A stretch of 64,000 nt of DNA from Acidimicrobiia bacterium (GTDB taxonomy: Bacteria > Actinomycetota > Acidimicrobiia > Spongiisociales > Spongiisociaceae): positions 5,907 to 69,906 of the forward strand of contig VXMP01000075.1 in assembly GCA_009841075.1 (NCBI GenBank). Direction: 5' to 3'. Made by a program: the position numbers and the translations under genes. The notes beneath the pieces were generated by a model. The model was not told the DNA's origin. It saw only the letters and a list, made by a program, of their open reading frames with translations, and ran no database searches. Shown here in pieces: positions 57,150 to 64,000 of this stretch. Position 1 is the first letter of the stretch, and each line of letters opens with the position of its first letter.

Positions 57150-58586
57150 TCACCCGTTCTCCGGCCCTGCGGTTTCTGCATCCTCGGGCGGGGGGTCGCC
57201 CGGATCGGGAAGTCCTTGCGCGATAGCCCAGTCCCTAAGATCGGAATAGGCTTCGACCCGATTAAAAGGGCCTTGTTCGATTCGCCTATCAAGCAGCATC
57301 TTCAGAACGGTACCGACCATAGGGCCGGGATCAAGGTTCAGGTAGTCCATGACTTCGTTGCCGTTTAGAGGTGGACGAATCGCATCGAGTTCCTCCTGGG
57401 CACGAAGGGCTTCGATCCTTTCCTCCAGCTCGTCGAGGTGGCGCTGGATGCGGCGGGCCCGCTGGTCGTTGCGGGTGGTCACATCGCATCGGGCCAGCTG
57501 GTTGAGCCGGTTCAGCAGGTGGCCTGCATCCCGAACGTAGCGCCGAACCGCCGAATCGGTCCAGCCCATCTTGAAGGTGTGGGCTCGCATATGAAGGAAC
57601 ACCAGCTCCGCCACATCGTTAACGATTTTTTTGGGATAGCGCAGTTTTTTAAGACGACGGCGGGTCATCCGTGCTCCAATCACCTCGTGGTGATAGAAGG
57701 TGACCTTAGAACCCTCGAAGCGGCGGGTGGCGGGCTTGCCGACATCATGGAAAAGCGCGGCCAGCCGAAGAACCAGGTCGGGCTCTGTCTTGGCCAGTAC
57801 CGCCAGAGAATGGGCCAGCACATCCTTATGCCGATGGAAGGGATCTTCGATCATGGCCAATCCGTCTATTTCGGGAATGAACTCGGCCGACAATCCGGAT
57901 TCGATCACAGCCAACAGGGCGGGAACCGGATTTTCGGCCACCACCAGCTTGGAAAACTCGTCCCGTATTCGCTCTTGGCTGATCGTTCCCAGCCTCTTCT
58001 TAAGGCGGGTCACCGCTTCGAGTTCGGCCTTGGCGGGACGGAATCCCAGTTCGGCCATGAACCGGAACAGCCGAACCATCCGCAGGGGATCGTCGGAAAA
58101 CGACAGATCCGGACCGGCCGGGGTTTTTATGACTCCGGCGGCCAGGTCGGCCACCCCGTTGAAGGGATCCACCAGATGAGGAGTTTCATGACCCAGGCGG
58201 AGGGCGATGGCGTTTATGGTGAAATCTCGTCGCTCCAGGTCGGATTCTATGGAATCGCCGAACGTCACGGACGGATGTCGGCTCTCGGGCTCATAGATTT
58301 CGGCTCGAAAGGTGGTTATCTGGCACTCGGTTCCCTCCTTGATGAGACCGATCGTCCCGAACCTTTCTCCGGTTGTGAACAGATGGTCGGCCCAGTCCCT
58401 GAAGAGGGGTTTCATTTGGTCGGGACGAGCGTTGGTGGCGTAGTCGAAATCGGAGGCCTCCCGACCCAGCAGGGCATCACGAACCGACCCTCCCACCAGG
58501 TAGACCTCGAATCCGGCGCGGTTTAATATCTCCGCCAACCGGCGGTTGATTCCACGGTCTAGCCAATTCAAACGGTCGGGAATCAT
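57150..58586 (-). CDS. cca: CCA tRNA nucleotidyltransferase (poly(A) polymerase family with HD domain)
   Basis: GGSVRDALLGR...DFD polymerase-beta motif and an HD domain (FHDVGK). Confidence 0.88.
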   Translation of the reverse strand: MIPDRLNWLDRGINRRLAEILNRAGFEVYLVGGSVRDALLGREASDFDYATNARPDQMKPLFRDWADHLFTTGERFGTIGLIKEGTECQITTFRAEIYEPESRHPSVTFGDSIESDLERRDFTINAIALRLGHETPHLVDPFNGVADLAAGVIKTPAGPDLSFSDDPLRMVRLFRFMAELGFRPAKAELEAVTRLKKRLGTISQERIRDEFSKLVVAENPVPALLAVIESGLSAEFIPEIDGLAMIEDPFHRHKDVLAHSLAVLAKTEPDLVLRLAALFHDVGKPATRRFEGSKVTFYHHEVIGARMTRRRLKKLRYPKKIVNDVAELVFLHMRAHTFKMGWTDSAVRRYVRDAGHLLNRLNQLARCDVTTRNDQRARRIQRHLDELEERIEALRAQEELDAIRPPLNGNEVMDYLNLDPGPMVGTVLKMLLDRRIEQGPFNRVEAYSDLRDWAIAQGLPDPGDPPPEDAETAGPENG

Positions 58587-58689
58587 TGATCGGACGCGAT
58601 CGGTCGAGGAAAGTGCTGCAAAATATCGCGTTGGCCCGCTAACAGAAAACGAAACCCGGTTTGAGCCTGCCCGAGCCCCGTCTCTCTCT

Positions 58690-59709
58690 TCAGCACTCTC
58701 CTAGGTCCCACGCCCGGGCTGCCTCTCGCCTCACCCGCTCCAAAGTGGCATAGGCGAGCTTGGAGGAACGAAAGCGACGGTCTTCGCCGGGGACGACCAA
58801 CCCGGCCGCCCCGGCCAAGGTGGCCGTAACGGAAGCGGTTATGGCATCCGGGTCGTAGCCCCCTTCAAGGAAGCAGATGGTTCGTCCCGGCTTAACCAGA
58901 CCGACCAGATTTCGGGCCATGAAGGCGTAATCGGAGGGGAGCAGACGCAGGCCCGCCAGCGGATCATCGGCATGGGCGTCGTATCCGGCGCTGATAAGCA
59001 ACCAGTCGGGCTCAAACCGAGCCGCTACCGGCAGAATCGGGTCGTGGAAGGCGGCTCGGTAAACGTCGCCGGCGGCCCCGACCGGAAAGGGCAGATCCAG
59101 GGTGGTTCTGGCCCCAGGGTGGGCGGTCATGTCCACTATCCCTCCCGTACCTGGGTAAAAGGGGTATTGGTGGGTGGAGATGTAGAGGAGGTCTTCTTCG
59201 TGTTGGAACATCTCCTCCGTGGCGTTGCCGTGATGAACATCCCAATCCATTATCACCACCCGGTTGCCTTGTTCCAGGAGTAGGGCGGCGGTGACCGCCA
59301 CGCTGTTGAACAAGCAGAACCCCATCGCCAAGCCGGGACGGGCATGGTGTCCGGGTGGCCTTACGCTAAGAAAGGCCAGGTCGGCGGAGCCTTCCTGCAG
59401 GCGCTCCACCGCCATCGGACCGGCACCTGCGGCTCGGATGGCCGCCTCCCAGGAAGCCGGAACCGCCGCCGTGTCGGGATCCAGTCGACCCCCTCCGGCG
59501 GCGCAGAAGCGTTCTATATAGTCCACATAGGCCGGATCGTGCACCTTCTCCAACAACCCCCGCTCTACCTGCGGGGCGGTCGCCTCCTCCACCTGTACCG
59601 GAGCGTTGCGCACCCCCTCTAAGGCTGCTACCACCCGCTGCGGTCGCTCGGGATGTCCCCAGCCGGCATCGTGCTGTTCAAAAACGGGATGGGTTACCGC
59701 TAATACCCT
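58690..59709 (-). CDS. Histone deacetylase / acetoin utilisation (AcuC) family deacetylase
   Basis: RPPGHHA, DWDVHHGNAT and YPFYPGTGG HDAC motifs. The start is chosen at MRVLAVTHP. Confidence 0.85.
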   Translation of the reverse strand, partial: RVLAVTHPVFEQHDAGWGHPERPQRVVAALEGVRNAPVQVEEATAPQVERGLLEKVHDPAYVDYIERFCAAGGGRLDPDTAAVPASWEAAIRAAGAGPMAVERLQEGSADLAFLSVRPPGHHARPGLAMGFCLFNSVAVTAALLLEQGNRVVIMDWDVHHGNATEEMFQHEEDLLYISTHQYPFYPGTGGIVDMTAHPGARTTLDLPFPVGAAGDVYRAAFHDPILPVAARFEPDWLLISAGYDAHADDPLAGLRLLPSDYAFMARNLVGLVKPGRTICFLEGGYDPDAITASVTATLAGAAGLVVPGEDRRFRSSKLAYATLERVRREAARAWDLGEC

Positions 59710-60407
59710 CATAAGGTGCCAGGCTAATAGAGGGGATGGGGATTGATACCGGTATGGATGGTTCCCGAGAGATATATCCGGCTGGTTGATAGGGGCCGAT
59801 TTGTCGGGAAGCCCGGGTTTCGGCGGGCCGAACCACTCCAAGAAGAGGTGGGCCCTTGAAGCCTGGATCGGACCGACGGAGAAGGCATTCGAAAGGTATT
59901 AGATCGGTTTTTTCGCGTTCCCGAAATTAGGGGTTGAAAATGTCCCTCGGGCATGATACGTAGGGTGTTGCCAAGCACCGAAGGCCGGGTAAGAGGTAGG
60001 TATCCCGATCGGATCCCCGGCAATTGAGGGAACATATTTGTATGGAGCGAACAGCCGAACCGTAGTCTCCCGGCTTCAGTCCGGGCATGGCCGACCACGC
60101 TCCGAATCAGGTGGTGCGAGGCGGGGGAGGGGAACCCAGCGAAGCTGGGCGGCGTGTGTGATTTTTGTCAATAGGCGGCATTTTCCCAGGTTATAGCCCT
60201 TTTCTACAAACCCTGGAGGAGAGGGTGTTTTTACTGAAAAAAGGTCGCCCCTTAGGTTCAGGACGTTGTCTTTAGCACTGTAAGCCATAGGGTTCGAGGG
60301 GAGGGGGTTGGGTTGAAGCCTCGGCCTAGCTCGGCGGATTCCGGCTAAGCAAAGTAGTTACCATCTCAATCAATCAGTAAACGGCCCTTCTCAAGGACAG
60401 GCCCACT

Positions 60408-61739
60408 ATGCCTCCTCCCATTCCCTCCCGCTATCGGTTGGAGATTCGCCTCGGCAGAAACGAGGACATCGAAGAATGGTTTGCTACCGATCTGGAATTG
60501 GACCGACCGGTTCTGATCCGTTTGATTGGGCCGGAAGCCCCTACAGCCCGAGGGAAGGATTTCCTTACCGCCGTCCGGCGGGCGTCTCGTATCAGCCATA
60601 CCCACGTGGCGGCGGTTTTCGCCGCGGACCACGCCCGGGGGTCCTACTACGCCGTGACCGAATGGGTGGGAGGCACCACCTTGTCGGACCAGCAGAACGG
60701 GGGTCGGCATCTGAAGCCGGCCGAGCTGCTTTCCAACGCCGCGGGTTTGGCCGACGGCCTGGCCTCCTTACATGCCGAGAAGGTTATCCACGGCGCGATC
60801 GACGCCGATGCCATCCTTTATACCCAAGGGCAAACGGCCAAACTGGGTGGGTTCGGACAAAAGATCAGGCACGGCTCTCCGAAGGGGGATGTTCGGGCCT
60901 TGGCCGAAACCTTGGAGACCGCCTTCACCCGAAAGCCGTCCGGCTTGGTCGCCCCTTCCGAGGTGATCGATCGCCTGCCTGCGCCGGTTGACGAGGCCCT
61001 TCGATCCGCTCAAGCCGGACGGCTCGACGCCCGGGAATTGGCTAATCGGCTTTCAAAGGTTTCCTACCCTCCCCCGGCCTCCGGATCTTTCGGTTGGTCT
61101 TGGCGTTCCCTGCTTCCGGTCGGGTTGGTAGGACTCCTTGCGGCCCTCCTGATCTGGGCAGGAACCGTGGTGGATACCAGTCCCTCCCCCTCACTCGAGG
61201 TGTCCGCCCTGCCACTTCCGAACGTCTTGCCCGGACCGGAACCCGACGGCGGGTTGTCCCCTGCAACCGAGGAACCGATTCCACCCGTAGACGCGGAACC
61301 AGGGCCGGCCGTGCCGGTGGTAGTGGAGGAGATAATTGATTTCGATCCGCTGGGAGACAATGCGGAAAACCCCGATCTACTGGAGTTTTTATTCGACGAA
61401 GATCCGGCCACCGATTGGGAGACCGAGGGTTACCTTGACCCGCTTCCGCTCCTCAAAGACGGGGTGGGATTGGTGTTTGAAATAACCGGAACGCCTTCAC
61501 TGCTGGAGTTGATGGGCCTATCGGAGGGAACCGCCTTTCGCCTGATGCGGGCCGAATCTTTGGTCGAGGTGGGGTCCTCCGATTGGGAGGTCATCGCCGA
61601 GGAAAAGGCCGGCGCGGGTACTCTCCGGATCCCCTTGCCTCCCTTCCGAGACGGGGTGTGGCTCCTTTGGCTTATCGAACTTCCTTTAGACGGAGATCGC
61701 TACCGTTCCAGGCTGGGTGAAGCCGAGTTCCATAACTGA
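60408..61739 (+). CDS. Membrane protein with an N-terminal protein-kinase-like (probably pseudokinase) domain, one TM segment and a C-terminal extracytoplasmic domain
   Basis: The kinase-like fold is YRLEIRLGRNEDIEEWFATDLELDRPVLIRLI. No VAIK Lys or HRD is present, and LGGFG stands in place of DFG. A TM segment lies at LLPVGLVGLLAALLIWAG. Confidence 0.6.
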   Translation: MPPPIPSRYRLEIRLGRNEDIEEWFATDLELDRPVLIRLIGPEAPTARGKDFLTAVRRASRISHTHVAAVFAADHARGSYYAVTEWVGGTTLSDQQNGGRHLKPAELLSNAAGLADGLASLHAEKVIHGAIDADAILYTQGQTAKLGGFGQKIRHGSPKGDVRALAETLETAFTRKPSGLVAPSEVIDRLPAPVDEALRSAQAGRLDARELANRLSKVSYPPPASGSFGWSWRSLLPVGLVGLLAALLIWAGTVVDTSPSPSLEVSALPLPNVLPGPEPDGGLSPATEEPIPPVDAEPGPAVPVVVEEIIDFDPLGDNAENPDLLEFLFDEDPATDWETEGYLDPLPLLKDGVGLVFEITGTPSLLELMGLSEGTAFRLMRAESLVEVGSSDWEVIAEEKAGAGTLRIPLPPFRDGVWLLWLIELPLDGDRYRSRLGEAEFHN

Positions 61740-61771
61740 GCCTGCAGTAGGAAACATCACATAGAGGAACC

Positions 61772-62131
61772 TTGGGGTGTGCGCCCGCTAACCTGCCTCC
61801 TGTGGAAGAGAGCTACGCCGCTCGCTTTGCCGACTTCCTAGAGGAGCTGGCACAAAAAATCCGTTCGCTTACTGTGGACCGCCTCCGACGGGGGGTCGTC
61901 TACGTCAGCTTCGGGTTAATTGCTGCAGTGTTAGTATTGATAGCGATATTATTTATTTTAATCGGAATTTTTCGCCTGATATCAATAATCACAGGCGTAA
62001 CGGGTGCCTATGCCCTCATAGGTGGATTATTTCTGGTGGCCGGGTTGTTGTCATTGCGTAAGGGAAAGAAAATCCTCGAAAGTCCCATTGAGCCTAAGGA
62101 GAACTCCGCCCCCACCGAAGGCGAATCATGA
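61772..62131 (+). CDS. Small two-TM membrane protein (actinobacterial holin-X-like)
   Basis: 119 aa with two hydrophobic helices in an AT-richer segment. Its stop overlaps the trxB start (ATGA). Confidence 0.45.
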   Translation: MGCAPANLPPVEESYAARFADFLEELAQKIRSLTVDRLRRGVVYVSFGLIAAVLVLIAILFILIGIFRLISIITGVTGAYALIGGLFLVAGLLSLRKGKKILESPIEPKENSAPTEGES

Positions 62132-63072
62132 CCGAAAACGTAATAATCATCGGATCCGGCCCGGCCGGTCTAACGGCGGCTCTATACGCGGCCCGCGCCG
62201 ACCTTTCCCCTTTGGTTTTTGAAGGGATAAACGCGGGTGGCCAGCTTATGATCACCACCGACGTCGAGAACTATCCCGGGTTTCCGGATGGAATCATGGG
62301 TCCCGAGGTAATGGAACGCTTTCGCAAACAGGCGGCACGTTTCGGAGCCCGGCTGGTCGCCTCCGACGTAACCTCGGTCGATTTTTCTTCCCGTCCATTT
62401 AGGGTCGAGGTGGGATCGGACCACCATCTGGCCCGGACGGTAATCATCGCCACCGGGGCTACGGCTCGGTTTCTCGGCATCCCGGGAGAAGAAGAGCTGA
62501 TAGGTCGGGGGGTGTCGGCCTGCGCCACCTGCGACGGATTCTTCTTCCGCAACAAGAGCCTGGTGGTGGTGGGCGGCGGCGATTCGGCCATGGAAGAAGC
62601 CCTTTTTCTCACTAAGTTTGCGACCAAGGTGACCATTGTGCACCGCCGCGACAAGTTCCGCGCCTCGCGAATAATGGCCGCCCGAGCCCTGTCCAACGAG
62701 AAAATCGAGGTACTTTGGAATACCACCGTAGAAGAGGTTCTGGGACAGTCACACGTAACCGGGGTAGTTCTGCGAGATGTGCACAACTGCACTACCCGCC
62801 GTTTCGCAACCGACGGCCTATTCATTGCGATTGGGCACACACCCAATACCGAGCTTTTTGACGGCCAAATCGATCTCGATGAATCCGGCTACATTCGACT
62901 ACCCGGCCCCGGCACTATGACCAACATTGAGGGGGTCTTCGCCTCGGGCGACGTGGCCGACCGGATTTACCGTCAAGCTGTCACCGCGGCGGGAACCGGC
63001 TGCGCAGCGGCTATAGACGCCGAACGTTGGCTCGAAGGGCAGGAAGAAAAATCGCATGGAATCATCCATTGA
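62128..63072 (+). CDS. trxB: Thioredoxin-disulfide reductase
   Basis: GSGPAG FAD motif, CATC redox centre and GGGDSA NADPH motif. Confidence 0.92.
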   Translation: MTENVIIIGSGPAGLTAALYAARADLSPLVFEGINAGGQLMITTDVENYPGFPDGIMGPEVMERFRKQAARFGARLVASDVTSVDFSSRPFRVEVGSDHHLARTVIIATGATARFLGIPGEEELIGRGVSACATCDGFFFRNKSLVVVGGGDSAMEEALFLTKFATKVTIVHRRDKFRASRIMAARALSNEKIEVLWNTTVEEVLGQSHVTGVVLRDVHNCTTRRFATDGLFIAIGHTPNTELFDGQIDLDESGYIRLPGPGTMTNIEGVFASGDVADRIYRQAVTAAGTGCAAAIDAERWLEGQEEKSHGIIH

Positions 63073-63111
63073 ACAACACACGCACCGTTCCTAAAGGAGG
63101 AGTAAAGCGGT

Positions 63112-63435
63112 ATGTCCGATGTAATAACCCTTACCGATAGTAGTTTTGAACAGGCGGTCGGGACCGATCAGCCGGTGCTGGTCGACTTCTGGGCGGAGTG
63201 GTGTGGGCCATGCCGTCTGGTTGCTCCGGTACTGGCCGAAATTGCCGAGGAACATGGTGACCGGATCACCATCGCCAAGCTCAACATAGACGAGAACTCC
63301 CAAACTCCTTTCCAATATCAGGTGATGAGCATTCCCACCATGGTGGTTTTCCAAAACGGGGTGGAGAAGAAGCGGATCGTCGGTGCCCGTCCCAAGGGGG
63401 CCATCCTGTCGGAGCTTCAGGAGTGGATTACCTGA
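63112..63435 (+). CDS. trxA: Thioredoxin
   Basis: WAEWCGPCR active site. Confidence 0.92.
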   Translation: MSDVITLTDSSFEQAVGTDQPVLVDFWAEWCGPCRLVAPVLAEIAEEHGDRITIAKLNIDENSQTPFQYQVMSIPTMVVFQNGVEKKRIVGARPKGAILSELQEWIT

Positions 63436-63447
63436 TCATTAATTGGG

Positions 63448-63463
63448 CGGGCCCGCCCCCGTG
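63448..63463. terminator. GC-rich palindrome (GGGCGGGCCCGCCC) between convergent trxA and parB; candidate bidirectional terminator hairpin
   Basis: Perfect palindrome read directly. It is not followed by a T-run, so factor-independent termination is uncertain. Confidence 0.3.
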
Positions 63464-63477
63464 GTTGTGCTTGCCGG

Positions 63478-64000
63478 TCAGGAGGGAAAGAAACGGCGGT
63501 AGACCCCTTCCAGCTGGTCCAGGCTATTGAACCGCAGCACCATTCGGACGTCGTCTGATCCCTTCTTGCGGGCCTTATAGCGGATTTCGACCGGGGTTCC
63601 GAGCTGCTCGGAGAGGCGGTTTTCGAGCTCAACTATCACCGCCGGGCGAGGTTCCGGCAACTTCGGTCGTTTGGGATCGCCCTTTATCTTCTTGCCAAGC
63701 TTCACCGCTTCCTCGAGCCTGCGTACCGACCATCCTTCATCAACCGTCCGATTCGCCAAATGTTCGGCCAGGGCGTCGTCTTCCAGCCCCAGCAACGCCC
63801 GGGCGTGGCCGGCGGAAAGCTCTTTAGCTGCCACCAAGGCCTGGATGGAGGGGCTCAGCCTAAGCAGACGCAGGGCGTTGGTAACAGCCGCCCGGCTTCG
63901 GCCCACCTGTGAGCCGATCTCGGCATGGGTCATTCCGAATTCTTCCTCCAGCTGATGGAAGGCGGCCGCCTCCTCCAGGGGGTTGAGGTCTTGGCGTAAC
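63478..64000 (-). CDS. parB: ParB/Spo0J chromosome partitioning protein, C-terminal part; 5' end lies beyond the window
   Basis: HTH region GRSRAAVTNALRLLRL. The frame stays open to the window edge. Confidence 0.88.
   Translation of the reverse strand, partial: LRQDLNPLEEAAAFHQLEEEFGMTHAEIGSQVGRSRAAVTNALRLLRLSPSIQALVAAKELSAGHARALLGLEDDALAEHLANRTVDEGWSVRRLEEAVKLGKKIKGDPKRPKLPEPRPAVIVELENRLSEQLGTPVEIRYKARKKGSDDVRMVLRFNSLDQLEGVYRRFFPS

Overview
This 64 kb window of high-GC (~65-70%) DNA is probably from an actinobacterium. The evidence is a WhiB-like regulator, an F420-type PPOX enzyme, and a trxB-trxA-parB end that matches the mycobacterial oriC-proximal layout.

The core content is housekeeping and metabolism:
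- a partial hydantoinase B gene and a CPD photolyase paired with a DUF1295 membrane protein
- rpiB, a NifU-like protein, MeaB, an enoyl-CoA hydratase and several SDR oxidoreductases
- a fused two-domain peptide ABC ATPase and two aldo/keto reductases
- a family-5 substrate-binding protein with two permeases and a DegT aminotransferase
- a phosphotriesterase-like / AmiC-like / AstE-like / amidohydrolase catabolic cluster
- an M23 peptidase and FxsA
- selA-selB
- cobT-cobS-cobQ-cobU
- tRNA-Ser, tadA, tRNA-Ser
- the CCA-adding enzyme, an HDAC-family protein, a membrane pseudokinase, trxB-trxA, and a partial parB

Several accessory or horizontally acquired modules interrupt this:
1. A lower-GC gene at 1060-2355 encodes a protein whose N-terminus carries a proteasome-beta/HslV-like Thr1-Asp17-Lys catalytic signature fused to a long unknown C-terminal region. 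It sits divergent from a DUF4143 AAA ATPase.
2. Two more DUF4143 ATPase paralogs occur. One is divergent from a Fic gene that is followed by a truncated Fic paralog keeping only the inhibitory helix. The other lies in a co-oriented three-gene set with an 86-aa protein and an AlbA_2/HATPase_c_4 protein that has a novel C-terminal extension.
3. A lower-GC Type III restriction-modification island (unknown 203-aa gene, then Mod, then Res) has an anomalous Mod/Res overlap that hinges on a G5 homopolymer.
4. A WhiB-like gene sits next to a HEPN/MNT (HepT/MntA-type) toxin-antitoxin pair.

The most promising candidate for an undescribed system is the Ntn-hydrolase-like protein plus ATPase locus. The AlbA_2-ATPase-small-protein set and the extra first gene of the Type III R-M operon are the next candidates.

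All calls are from reading the sequence and ORF translations; no database searches were run.
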